DNA of 39,123 nucleotides from Spirogloea muscicola (Eukaryota): NCBI GenBank assembly GCA_009602725.1, contig WELB01000003.1, positions 1,544,524 to 1,583,646 of the forward strand, read 5' to 3'. Shown piece by piece: positions 1 to 12,214 of this stretch (position 1 is its first letter; each line of letters starts with the position of its first letter). The notes under the pieces were generated by a model. It saw only the letters and a program-made list of their open reading frames with translations, ran no database searches and was not told where the DNA came from. The position numbers and the translations under genes were made by a program.

Positions 1-1287
1 CGGCGGCGGCGACAACTGCCTGGCGGCAGTCGCCGGCGGCGGCGGCAGCGGCAGCGGCGGCGGCGCGGTCGTACAACCTGGTGCCGATGGTGGTGGAGCA
101 GACGCCGCGCGGCGAGCGTGTGTTCGACATCTTCTCGCGCCTGCTCAAGGAGCGCATCGTCTGCGTCAACGGCGGCATCTCCGACGACACCGCCGCGCTC
201 GTCGTCGCGCAGCTCCTCTTCCTCGAGGCCGAGCAGCCCGACAAGGCGGTGCGTGGCTCCGCCGTAACACTCACAACCTTCAGCCCCATGTTCGACTCCC
301 GAACCTGACATTGACTGCGAGGATTTTGGGTGATCCGCCGCCCCTCTCTCGCCTTCCTCCCTCCTCTGGCCGCCCACCACAGTACCCATGTTGCCTCCGT
401 TAGACGTCTGCCTCCTTGCCAATCCCCATCTATGTTGCCAAGAGTCCATGCCGAGTCGCATTGGCCGCTGCTCTGGCCCACAGCTTGATGATGAGAGAGG
501 CCCGGGGCTTGCGTGCTGCAGATTCACCTGTACATCAACTCTCCGGGCGGCATTGTCACTGCTGGCCTGGCCATCTACGACACAATGCAGGTGCCGTGGC
601 GCATCAGCGTAACCTACTGCTGGCACAGACTCTACTGCCACCTTCCTTGCCGCTGCTGCTGATAGCTCAGAGTTGCACACGCAAGTGCAGGCTGCTTGTC
701 TCTTGACAGCAAGCTGCGGAGCCCAACGAAGGCAGGATAAGGTTAATCTGGTTCATGATTTGGAGATGACCACCTTGTGCATGCGCAGTACATCCGGAGC
801 CCTGTTACAACGCTGTGCGTCGGGCAGGCGGCATCCATGGCAACGCTGCTGCTGGCGGCGGGCGAGCATGGCGCGCGCCGCTCCCTGCCTAATGCGCGCA
901 TGATGATTCACCAGCCGTCCGGGGGCGCACAGGGCCCCGCGAGCGATGTCGCCATCGCTGCGCAGGAGATCCTTGACACGCGTGCCCGCCTCAACGCCCT
1001 TTACGCCAAGCACACCGGCCACGCCCTCGACTCCATTGGTGCACCCCCTCCCTTGCAGAGCTGAAGCTAGAGATGCCGCTAGCACTTTGCTAATTCTGAC
1101 GTTGCGGCTGGCGCACCGCTGGCCGCTGATGCAAGCAGCCGCTTCCTCTCCTGCAGTCAAGTACATGGAGCGCGACTACTTCATGTCGCCGCTGCAGGCC
1201 AAGGAGTTTGGCCTCGTGGACGAAGTGATCGAGCGGCGGCCCACTGTGCTTGTGGCAGACTCCGCGTCGCCAGATCTCAAGCCCTAG
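1..1287 (+). CDS. CLPP: ATP-dependent Clp protease proteolytic subunit, mitochondrial type (5' truncated). Exons <1-248, 522-590, 789-1038, 1157-1287
   Basis: Spliced translation gives [26 protein letters not shown]...[10 protein letters not shown]...GQAASM (catalytic Ser)...MIHQP (His)...MERDYFMS (Asp). All introns are GT-AG and keep frame. Confidence 0.95.
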
Positions 1288-1891
1288 TGGAGCCGTGATC
1301 AATTCGCCTCAGCTGCTATGGAATGAGCTGGTCCTTGAGCTAAACCCTTCAACAAGTAAGCCCCTAGGTCCCGTCATACATCTCCTAAGGCTCACCACGT
1401 GCTTTCTGCATGGTGTTGCGCTCATCAGGTTCTGTGCCTGCCTGAACAATTGCTTGTGTAGCCATAGACCCCAAGCCCTCGACCCAGAATCCTTAATACC
1501 CCAAGTTGTGCACCGTCTAACCATCAATTACCTTGGGCTCTCGTAAATAACCAGCAGCGAGAGTTGCAAGCCCGCAGTGACGGTGAGGACTGCCTTGGCA
1601 CCTGTCTGCCGTTTCTGCTGGTGTTGGCAACATGCTCTAACATCGTCGTGGGAGTACTGTGGTCAGGTCATGATCGTTGTGCGATCCAGGCAAGGCCCAG
1701 CACAACGAGCAGCATTGTGGTGTCTCACAGGGCTTAGATCAGGCAGTGAGACACTCTGTCGCCTCATTTGCTAGGATCATTGCTCAGATGAAGGGCGCTT
1801 GTTCTTGACTGTCTCACTCACTTGAAGAATGACTGCAAATTTAATCATTTGACACGGCCAAGTGCACATGATGTATTAAGAGGTCTTAGTC

Positions 1892-1950
1892 TGCACATCA
1901 AATAAATCGACTCCAAATAAATCCGATGATTGGAGTCGATTTATTGTGCA
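1892..1950. repeat. Perfect 16-bp inverted repeat (hairpin, or collapsed TIR remnant)
   Basis: aataaatcgactccaa (1901-1916) pairs with ttggagtcgatttatt (1930-1945). Flanking tgcac/gtgca extends the stem across a small bulge. Confidence 0.85.
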
Positions 1951-2038
1951 ACAGCGCTCTGCCTAGAAAGGTCTGTGGACGCATGGCATACCTCGGGCGC
2001 AATGGAGGGGTTTAGGCGGTAAACCCCAAACAAGTAGC

Positions 2039-2136
2039 TGTCAGACTGCTGTTTACAACCGCCAGACAGAGTGGGACAGGAAATCGTTGTCGGACTGCTA
2101 CTCACAACTGCCAGACAGAGAGGTACACAAAGTCGA
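2039..2136. repeat. Two-copy 49-bp diverged tandem repeat
   Basis: tgtcagactgctgtttacaaccgccagacagagtgggacagg... (2039) versus tgtcggactgctactcacaactgccagacagagaggtacaca... (2088). Confidence 0.85.
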
Positions 2137-2559
2137 TAGAACAGACGCTTATTGGGTACTTTACTATCACCTGACTCTCTGCTCGTGCCTTACTTTCTTT
2201 TCATAGCACTTGCAAGCAGCCACCTGTAGCTCAGACGTGTGGTTTGTTTCTTTGCAACTCTGCCTTCAACTACTTTGTCTTCGGACAACCAATCCCCTGA
2301 GCGCCTCCATCACCATCACCAGAGCTGGTCCTCACAGGTGCACACTTTCAGATCAAAAGATAGCACAACGTACTCAAACTTGACTTCGTGAGATGAGCCA
2401 TGGGACTTGTATCAATTTGTCGAGGACTATACTCATGGAGTCTATATATTGCACAATTACCTTGTCGAGGTGCATGTGCTGGCTGCATGCCTCTACTCGT
2501 GTTAAGTGTGCCACCACAAAGCCGGCGGTAAAGCCACGATGCAAAGTAAGTGATTATGT

Positions 2560-2760
2560 CAAGTGAGTGACTTGGAGCCAGCGAGCTACTTGAGGACAAA
2601 TTGTGCTGTTGTATAAGAAGCTCCAGGAGTTGATCAAGACTATGTAAACGCTTTGTGAACACGTTCACCCCTTGCATGGTGGTATGACTGTTCCATACTT
2701 ATTAAGTTATTTGAGACCACACCTTGAACATCTACTTTGTAGGGTAGAGATTCAAAGTCA
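2560..2760 (-). mobile_element. Possible highly decayed Ty1/copia RNase H fragment
   Basis: Minus-strand frames read YKVDV...VVSNNLISME/HTTMQGVNVFTKRL, loosely like the copia KHID...G.I....T..Q.ADIFTK.L terminus. The alignment is frameshifted and weak. Confidence 0.25.
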
Positions 2761-3913
2761 AGTGGAGTCTATGTTGAACTTACGAGGAGAAGATAGGGAG
2801 CTAAGTCTAGAGGCGATGCCCGCATTCGGGGTTTCTTCTGGGCCTTCCACCTTCTCATTGCTGGTGCTCAGTGCGGTGCATTGTGCGATAACACGTCCGC
2901 ATGGGCTCCATCTCGATGGCTCACGATGTTTTATCGCCAGGAGCAATGCAGATTGGTGCACTCATGATAGCAGCAGAGAGAGATCTGAATGAAGATGGAA
3001 TCTATACCACTGCTCAACTAAAGGAGCAGAAGTCACGGAGCAGCACTCTGAACATGGCCCGCTAACACTTGGACAGACGCAGATGTGCACACTTTTACAA
3101 GACTCTCTTTGCCTCCACTACTGTGCGCAGGTGCAGCATGTCGAAGTCGCTGGCGTTGGTGCAAGTAAAGGTGCGCCGAGTTGCCGAGATATTTCTGCCA
3201 TGCATGCAGTAAATGATGCCTTGCATACTCCCAGATCCACTCTCGACTCGGACTGAAAAAACCACAGCCTTGACCCACACCATCTGCGGCCCTCACGGTC
3301 TGCAGCGGCCCTCAGCTAGTGTGGCTTTCGGCTGTTGCCCTACAATATTTGCCAGATTGCAGTGCTCCCGCTTTTGTGCCAGCGACCAAATCGTAAGTGC
3401 TCATGCTTGCATCTTGCTCCAAGTTGCTCTGCTTTCATGCAATGTCTTCTTCCATCATTTGGCAGATAGCCCAACATTGAGCTGGCGACTGCATGGGCTA
3501 GGCAGGTACTTCTTGGCAAGCAGCTGAGCCTGAAGATGTTCGGCATACGTAATGCGTAACCTTGGAGAGGCATGATGTCAACAGCGTGCTCAGCACAAGG
3601 AAGGGGCAGAGAGACAAAGGAAGTGGAGGGGGGGACAAGGAAAGGGAGGAGGAAGACGTGGAGGGAAGAGGAAGGGATGGAGAAGGAGCAGGCAGAAGAG
3701 GAAATGAGAAGGGAAGGGTGAAAGCAAGAGGAGGGCAATGTGGAGAGAGGGAGGAGGAGAGAGGGAGGTAAGCCGCGAGAGGATGGGAGGCAGGAGTGGA
3801 GGTGTAGACTTGGAGGAGAGGGAGCCTTGATCTGTGTCCAGAAGCGCAGGCTGCTGAGCAGCACAGGGTCCGGCACAAACTCCGGCTCCTCTGAGTACTT
3901 GTTGTGATCAAGC
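2760..3913 (-). pseudogene. Decayed intron-containing gene remnant, possibly beta-trefoil-like
   Basis: An exon-like block at 3913-3826 (LDHNKYSEEPEFVPDPVLLSSLRFWTQIK) is followed by a CT-rich intron-like tract. Frameshifted fragments GYALR..KKYL and SGKYCRA...VFSVRVE follow. An exact 18-mer is shared with 26192-26209. Confidence 0.3.
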
Positions 3914-3957
3914 CTACAATGACATCTCCCTAACAAGCGCCCATCTGATCCTGGCGC

Positions 3958-5778
3958 TCACATAAGCGGGCTGGCTGGCGAGGCATGGTGCAGGACTATG
4001 AGCCACCTGCCGCCCTGCTTTTTGAAGATGTTGGTTGCGACCAGCCTGCGGCCGCCAACAATACAATGCCTGCTTCAGAAAACAACCTTGCACCTGCATA
4101 TGGCGCAGTGCTACATTAGAAGACCAGCTTGGCATCACGAGCTCAGTAGTATGAGCGAAACACTGCGTGCTTTGCCACAGAAACTATTTGTCAGAAAGAC
4201 CTCTCTATCATGGGCCAAAGGCCTCCAAGGGGCGTGCTTCATCTGCAAGCTGACCATCACACTCTCGACGTCACCCTGCTCACGCTTGAGGGTCTGGGTC
4301 AGCGTTAAGACTTGCTGGGGCATCAATCTCATCTGATGCAGACCTGCCGGCTGACCCAGTGGACTGCATGACCTCCACGCATGTCACAACGCCGAGGCTG
4401 CCCGAGGCGAGTACCCGCACGTCCTCCAGCCCGATGCGCAGGTCTCGTGCGCTGCCCAGCACCAGGTCCCAGCTCTGCATGACCTGCAACATTGCGCTCA
4501 GTGGTAAAAGTGGTAAATCCTCACAGCAATAAGTACCTCCCTCACTTGCATTGCTCAATGCAGTGAATCAAGCTGTGCCCAGCCCGTGGCCCTGCAACTT
4601 CTCACCAAGGGCCATGCACTGCCGCAGAGATGCATCTTGTAAATTCATTTCAACCCTCAACACAACCCATCATAGATGCAATTTCCAGAAATTCGACCTG
4701 TTTTAACAAGTTCTCTGTGCTTTCCAGAAATTCAGGAAATTATAAGCAGTGCAAGACATAGAGGTAATCTGTCAGCAGCATGCAGAGCCTGCACCTTTGC
4801 TGCATCCAGACCGACTGGTTACTGTGCCTGGGATATACCAAAAAATATACCAAGACTACAGATACTAAGCGCTTGCCGCTGCTTGTCTCACCAAGTCGCG
4901 GCCGGCGATGCAATTGGAGCCGGGGTGGATGCACTGCACGTGGTCGCCGTGCGCCCAGACCTGCTCCATCTGCCGGACGCTCCCGGCCTCAAATGCGCGG
5001 TAGAAGAGCTTGTTGGCCGCCAGCACCCCAGCCTCATCGTCCTCCTGCACCCGCCTGTGTGGCGAGAGACACATGCGCGATCGGCAATCAAGAAAAGATA
5101 AATGGGTGTGTTGTTAGTAAAGATGTAAAAGAGCAGCGCACCTTCGAAGCTTCAATTACTGGTAACAACTTAGAGCACAACCGTCAAGAGCGCAGCTCAG
5201 AAAGCCTGAGGATGTACGACATGGGTCGGCGCCAGGCTCTCGCTGCGGGAACCTGGCAACGCACCGGAGCTGGTCGCGCAGCTGGGCGGCGGCGGCGTAG
5301 TCCTCGGACGATATGGCCTGGTCGAGCTCCCACTGCAGCCGCTCCAGCCTCACGACGGCGGCGACGGGCTGCATTGCCGAACGAGCGAACGAGTCTCAGT
5401 CGCGGCGAGGACCTTCACCGAGCGCGGAGACCCAACCCGCTGTGACGGCGGCGGCGGCGCAGGCAGCGGCTGGCGACAGGGCCTGACGTCGTCGTCGCCA
5501 CCGCCGGTGCCGCTGCTGCCGATCGGCTCGCAGTCCTCGCCGCTTGCCGCAGCCCACCACCGCCGGCGCCGCCGCCACTGCTGCCATGGCGGCGGCCCTG
5601 CAGTAATCTGCGCCGCTACTCTGCGGTGCCTCGCAGCGACGCCACCGCAGCTCTGCAGCCGCCGCAGCTGGGGCCCCAGCGGCAGCGCCGAGTGCAGGGC
5701 ACAGCCGGCGCCGGCGACGCCTTGCTGCGCCGCCGGATTGAGCAGGCTCGGCTGTGGCGGAGTGGCAGTCGCCGCCAT
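3958..5778 (-). CDS. UVR (UvrB/C helical hairpin) + SnoaL-like/NTF2-fold protein, probable plastid transit peptide; 5 exons
   Basis: LQWELDQAISSEDYAAAAQLRDQL (UVR), VLAANKLFYRAFEAGS..MEQVW...CIHPG, VMQSWDLVL...TCVE, and LVATNIFKKQGGRWLIVLHHASP (SnoaL_3 C-terminus). ATG at 5778, stop at 3958-3960. Confidence 0.88.
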
Positions 5779-5939
5779 GTACAGGGCCCCAGTCTAGGCT
5801 GCTCGGACGCGCCCTCAGAGCTGCTGCCACAGCGCTGCCATCCTCTCTGCCATGGTGGCTGCGGCAGCAAGGCGCCGCAGCAGCTGGCGGCCAGCCTCGT
5901 GCTGGTCGAAGTCTGGTCTTTGGAAGTACGGTCTACACT

Positions 5940-6235
5940 TTCTTGACCTTGTCCATCCTTTCCGAACTTGGTTTCTCTTTTCTGGGCTGGCCAATCACAG
6001 CCATCGCCCTCTGAATGGAAGACGCTTTCCATTCTGGGCTAGCAACTCACAGCCCTCACCTCCTTTGGATGAGCTTACTAGTACGAATAACTCTTTCAGT
6101 ACCCCTGCACATGTACACGTTTTGAAAGTAGGCTCTATCAAAGAGAGCAAGAGGGCGAGGGCTGTGAAAAGCTTCTTCTTATTGTGGAAAAACCAGCCCA
6201 GAAAGACTGGAGAAGGTCCGAAGGGCCGGAAGGCG
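5940..6235. repeat. Dispersed repeat family, cluster A (units in inverted orientation)
   Basis: tctgggctgg-N-tcacagcc units at 5981 and 6033 (+) and a reverse unit ending about 6234. The reverse complement of 6193-6234 closely matches 26921-26964. Confidence 0.75.
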
Positions 6236-6906
6236 CTAAAATGACACAGCTATGCAAGCGACTCTTAAAGGTCCGATACCTGGCAAGGTCCATGGCAGAC
6301 CAGAGTTGCAGAGCGACGACCAGGTCCAACACCTTAACAATCTGTAGCGATCAACCGCAAATACAGACAAGATCTTATGACAACTTCACTGGTGATGTTG
6401 TCAATGGGCGGTGCTGACTAAAGTCTGACTCCCGTGAAAGGTGCTTAAAGTGAGTCACGTCGGAAGCCCTTGCACAATATCTGCAACCCTGCAACATGAT
6501 ACTTACCCACTGAGCAAGGCTCTGGAAGCTGCCAAGTGCACACTCCAAGCTGTTGCATGCGATGCAGCTGTCGTTGCAAGCTGCAGCTCGGTTGCACAAG
6601 GCGTGCCTGTTAGGAGCACCCGCTTGCAGTTTTCTTGTTGCTGTTGCTGCTCAGACAGCTGATGCATGTGGTTTCGGGCAATTGCCTCAGTCGCAGTTGA
6701 GTTGCTTGTCAGGGCAGCCGTTTCATCTGCTCCACCACCCTCAATAGCCTGGCACAAACGCGCAAGACTGAGACAAGCAGCAACTGTGTACATGCTATAC
6801 CTTTCTCAGTTGTGGGCCTTACATCAGTTGCTCCACAGCAGTAATTATAGCAATGCAAGTGAGCCTGTGACTATCACATCAATTTTACCATCTTCTGTAA
6901 TGTTTG

Positions 6907-9900
6907 CTAAGGCTGGATGTCGTAGTCGCTGGGCAGGGGTGCACGGCAGCCACGGAGGTGAGCCTTCAGCTTTGGCAGGTTGGCCTGCGGGGCTCGACAG
7001 CGGTGACACCCCAGCGGCCGCTTGAGGAGGCTCTCCGCTTCCTCGCTGCTCGGCCTGCTGACGGAACCCTGTGCTGCCACCTCGTCAATCACCGCCCGCG
7101 AGTTGGCAAAAAAGGGGGTGGTGAAGCTGTTCCAGTGCCGCTTGGTTGTCAGGTGAGGTGACTCAAAGTCTTGGCTGATGACGTGGAGGTGCAGCTGGCG
7201 CATGGAGGGGTACTGCACAGCACAGATACCCTTTGGCAAAGGCTTTTGATGACCAGCTGCTACTGAAGGCATCATTTGGTGACATCTGAAATTATCACTG
7301 TCATTGCTTTCTAAGAGCCCCAACTTCTGGTCATTGCTGCCCAGAATCAAGCGGCTCCAAGGACAAGGTCCAGTGTACTCACATCATGATAGCCCAGGCG
7401 AAAGGCGAGGCCGCTTTCCCTAGCAACCAGCTCTGCAGCCTGTTGCTTCCCAAGGTCGTGCATGTGCTCCAGGAGCGGCAGGTGGCGCTGCTGCACGTCC
7501 CCGAGGGAGTCGAGCCCGGCCTCACGGGCGAGGATTAGAAGGTGCCGCTTGGCCTGCATGGCAACATCTCCAGGCACGGAAACGCCTTCAGGGCTTGTCC
7601 ATTTCTTGACTGGAATGATGTCAAAATGGGAGAAATCAGCATCAGAATAAGCCCAGGTTTTTCTATGGGCGCTACTTTGCTGCAGCTCCCTGACTTCCAG
7701 GCCTTAAGAGCTGCCAATTTATGTCTGCGTGCTGCAGAGCATGGTAAAGGACCTGTCATGATGTGACTGGAGTGTATCCAACTTCAACCAATCAGAGCAG
7801 GTGAGATTGCTACATTACCTTTGGGTACAGGTCCAGGATGACCACGGCCCGGTCATCAACGACCAGCGTGTCCTTCGACTGCTCATCTGGGTTGAGCACC
7901 TTGAGGCGCAGCGCATCCGTCCAGGGGCTGCCTGGACGCAGCCGCGGACTTCTGGTGCTATTTCTGCTGTCCTCGTTGAGATCAGCACCCACTCTGCCAG
8001 CCACAGTCCCGGGCCTCGCGACCTTCGCTTTGGCTGGACTGTTACGCACTGCGGCCTGGTCCTTCCGCTTTGCCGATTGCATGAGTAATGCAAATGCATC
8101 TGTTGTGGCAGCCTCCGTATGCGGCACCCTGCAGCTCGCAGCAAGGTCGTCTGAGCTCTCCTTGCTTACTGCCTGCTGCCCTGTCCCGCCACCATTGCCT
8201 CCACCTTGTTGCGCTCTCGCCGCAGATGAGAAGCTCTCAAACAGGGACGCGTATGCAGCTTGCACGAGCTGGCAGCCCTGTGCGTAGTCGCCCTGCAGGC
8301 AGTCTGGCAGGCGGGGATTCATGTTGGGCCCCAGGACGTGGATGATGTGCGTGACATCCTCGCGGCTGCGCAGAGGCGAGGACGGCGGCAGCGGGACAGT
8401 GAGAGCCTGCCCCACACGCAGCGTGGCAGCCCGCTGCTTCGTGGCGGCCAGCAGGCAGGGCCCAGCAGCCTCGTGAATCGCTGCATTTACTCCGCCGCCG
8501 CCAGGTTTTAGCCTCCTGCAAGCAAGGAGCTACTCATTGTGACTGATTTCGTGCATCTTAATATTCCCGAGCCCAATCTCCAGTTCTACTCCGTACATTA
8601 TAAAAGCATTATCTAGGGCCTACGGTTCTAGCAATGGTAGGTTGCATATTTGCAGTCCTAGGTAGACATCAAGGCCCACTAATTAAGTAATCAAAAGAAG
8701 ATCAACAATGTTTTCTGTGTGCAGCTCGTCCTTTTCAACATTGCCATGCATCAAAAAGCTTAAATGTAGACAAAACGGCAACTCTTGCAATGCCCTCAGC
8801 CCCTCCATCCAGTGCATGCGCATGCTCTGGTGACAGTGCTCTGATCTGTTGACAGGTCATTAAACGTCACTCACCAGTTTGCAGCATTTGCTAGGAAAGC
8901 GCAGCCAATGAGTGTACCCGAGGACGCCAGCGTTGTGAGCTCCCCTGAGATAATTTGAAAGCGCTCCGCATCAAACTGAAGCCCCAGAGCTAGCTCTCGT
9001 ACCAGCCGCAACAATGGGCCATTTGCTTCAGAGTCCACAAGCGCCAGCCATAGGCCCTCGCAACGGGGGTCATTGAGAAAGGCACGTACAGCGTCCACAA
9101 GGACATGGCCCGCTTTCTGTATGTCAAATTGGAAAAGCCCGGTCGAAAGCGAAGGGAATGCAAGCATTGGGGGCACGCTGGAAACTGTCGCCCTGGTGTC
9201 ATGGTGTTGTTGCTGCATTTCGTTGCCCCTGCAAAGTCCCTGGATCCAGAAAAAAGTCACTTGTGAGTATGCAAAAAGATCAACTTTGCTTCACGATATG
9301 GATCACGATTCAGAAGACTCGGGCTTGCAAATTGGAAGTTGAAATGGAGTTGCAAACAGACGTGCAAGCGGAAAGAAGCTCCATTGACATCTTAACTCAA
9401 TCTGTGCTGATCCGCTTGTGCGCTAAGAGTCTTCATTATCAGAAGCTCAGAAGCTTACAGCTTACAGGTGCATCCAATGCATCTCCGACTGGCACCAATC
9501 TCGGAGCATGTCCAGCATCTGCAACAGGGGTCCTGCCGCTGGCATTGACATTCATGCACAGAACTTTGCTGCTGCCGCCCTCCTTTCCTTAACTTTGCTC
9601 GTCGCCCCGTCCTGCAGCTCCTAGCAGCCCCTTCCTGTCTGGAGAATTGGGCAGCACCAAGCTCTTCTGGGCCCCGGTCTGTGCCTCCTCGGGGACACCA
9701 TGAAGAGCAGCCACCTTGACAGGGCAATGGCTGGCGGGAGCACCTGAGGCCTGCGGCTCCTTCTTGAGGGTCGGCTTCTCCCGCGCCCTGGAGCCGCCCC
9801 TTGAGAAGCCGAAGCTTGTCAGTGGCCGCCTGGACGGCTGCTCAAGTACCAGTGGCTTCGAGGTGTGAACGCCCCCTGGGAGGCAGTCCTCGGCGTCGAG

Positions 9901-11189
9901 CTTGGCGTACAGGCCAAGGGCGTGGCTGACGCTGAGCTCTGTGTGGCAGACTGAGATGCGGCTGAAGCCCTCAGCGAGCCTTGGCAGCTCCTTGCTGCCC
10001 AGCTGCTGCCGCACAACCCTCGCCCCGCCGGCACCTTGCAGACCTCCCTCGTGATCCTGCCTGGCAGCTACCCTCTGCAGCAGCGCAAATTGTGTGACAC
10101 AGAGCATCGCAGTTACTGGAGAAATCCATGCGAAGCCTGGAGGTGCCTGGCAGTCACCCTCTGCAGCAGCGCAAGTTGGGTGACACAGAGCTTCGTTCAT
10201 GCGAAGGCCGAAAGTGGCGACGATCGTCTATATATCTTTCTTGCCCTCCTGCCATTCAGTGCGGCTGCCTTTGCAGGATTCAAGCAAACTCGTAAGACAA
10301 ACACAATAATAAATAAAAGACTACTTGTAATTGAATTTGTAATAAAACACTATTTGAAATAAAACATCATTTGAAGAAGTGTACCTCGATGCAGAGCTGC
10401 GCCGGCAAGTCGAGGAAGACAGCATGCGCCTCGGCGCCGCTCGCTCGAGCGAGCGCCAGGAAGTCCGACCGCTGCTCCACGGTCATGTTGCAGCGGTCGA
10501 TGAGCACGCTCTGGCCCAGCCGCAGCGCCGCCTCCACCATGCGCAAGCACTGCTTGCGCGTCCCGCGCTTCCCGCCCGCTCCAGCCACGTCCTGCGAGGC
10601 GCAAGGTGGGCTTCAGGATATAGGATTTATAATATAAATTCTAGGGTTTAGGATTAGGATTCGATATTGAGTATTCAGGATTCAAGATTTACGGTTTGGA
10701 ATTTAAGTTTAGGGTTTGGATTTTGGGGTTTGGTTGGCAGCGGCGTGGCAGCATCGGGCTGTGCTTCGGCGAGGCCGGCAGCCGCCACGCGCAGAGGCGG
10801 CAAAGGCAGTAAACGGCACGCTGGAGGATGTCAGCGCTGACACCGCTGGGAATCGAACGCCCGACCTGGCAGACGCGCACCCAGGGCCTGCCGGCGGGCG
10901 CGGCGCACCACAGGCTCTCGCAGAAGGTGCTCTTGCCGCTCCCAGGAGCCCCGCCGAGGACCACGACCAGCGGCCGCGGCCGCGCCTCGCCGCCGCCGTC
11001 GCCGCCGCCGCCGCCGCCGCCGGCTGCGGCCGCTGAGCTGGCAGCGAGGGGCTCAGTTGGCGTCAGTTGACGGGGGGGGGCGGTTGAGCAGCAGCTGCGG
11101 ATGTTGGACTGTGCCCACTGTTGTCTGTGGATTCGGGCAAGCGCGGCCAGATTAACTGGTGGCTGGGATTCGGAAACAGTGGCCGCCAT
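6907..11189 (-). CDS. APTX: Plant-type aprataxin fusion (P-loop kinase AAA_33 + macro domain + HIT aprataxin + C2HE zinc finger), bHLH140-like without a visible bHLH domain
   Basis: GAPGSGKST P-loop and VLIDRCN; macro-domain LAFPSLSTG...ANAANW...GGGVNAAI...HVLGPNMNP; HIT-domain DLYPKAKRHLL...PSMRQLHLHVISQDF...HWNSF; CHRC...LKAH. Start is ATG 11189 or 11237. One in-frame TAA lies at 9589-9591 (see findings). Confidence 0.92.
10613..10733. repeat. Degenerate telomere-like (TTTAGGG) heptamer array in APTX intron 1
   Basis: 7-nt periodic units: ctagggt ttaggat taggat, tttaagt ttagggt ttggatt ttggggt. Confidence 0.8.
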
Positions 11190-12214
11190 TCTCAATATCG
11201 CAGCCAGTGTTGTCGAGGAAGGCAGCCTTCCCCGCATGATGCAGGTCAAGCCCGCACGCTCACCACTATATGGGCGGCACCATTAGCAGATAATCGACAC
11301 GGCTGGGCATAGTCAATGTAACCACATTGTCGTCCATGTGCTTCTGTGAGGGCGTGCCCGCTATCATATGGCGCAGCCAAGCTCCATCAATGGAATGAGC
11401 ATCTAGCATCCAACACCCTCACTCCCTGGGCTGTACACTAAAGCACCCGGCGCTGAGCTGGTTCTCTGTTGTCAATTATGAAGAACCAGATTCTTTCGAG
11501 TAGGGCAAACTTCGCAAAGGTCGCCAGCCTTGCCCCCTCCATCTACTGGCTGCCTTGCCCTGAGGGCCATTGATGATCAACATGCTGCAGCAGCTCCACA
11601 CAGCCATGGGCCAGAGTAGCTTGCACTTGGGGCCGCTACAGCTGTAGCTGCCAACTAGCTGCCCAGTATCATCATGACAGCCAAGCTTTCAAAAGAGTGC
11701 TGGCTTCTGAAGTTGGAAGCAGGCTGCTGACTCGCAAGCTCGGGGCATTTGACGATGTTGACGGCAAGGCATCACTGTCAAATTGCAGCAGTTGTGTAAT
11801 CGTGTGAATTCGAGTCTCAATGAGTAGCACGAGTTCTTGAATCTGTACAACAGGCGCCAATGACAACGCACCAGCAGGGGTTGCGGACCAATTTACACTA
11901 AGCAGGTACGTGCCAGCAAATCCTTGCACCATGCGTCAAATCAAATATATCTACAAGCTATTGTCTCTTTTAAACAATCAATCGATTTTGTGGTGTAAAA
12001 TTAGCACACCTAGTGAGAGGCAGGCCCTTGCTGTAGCACTTGTCAAACTACAGGGGAACGAGCTCTGGGCGGTGAAGAGTGGCAGCATATGAGTGCAGCT
12101 TCTCTGCGGCATCGTTGAAGCTGGAGCACAAAAAGTATGTCTTCTGGAAACCTNCGCGCGGCGCGGCGGCGCCGGCGCGGGGGCGCCTGGGCAGGGCACC
12201 CCGGGGCCCGGGTC

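Noticed and set aside
2039..2136. CRISPR-like array among the short direct repeats (also 16237-16300)
   Set aside because: Only two diverged adjacent copies, no unique spacers, no cas genes, and a eukaryotic context.
2895..2992. Plus-strand HGLHLDG..IARSNADW resembling the copia GYSDADW motif
   Set aside because: It is an isolated short match on the strand opposite the other copia-like fragment, and it overlaps a competing interpretation.
4010..4030. Apparent frameshift in the last SnoaL exon
   Set aside because: Recounting the T run (5 T) gives the in-frame ATNIFKKQGGRW.
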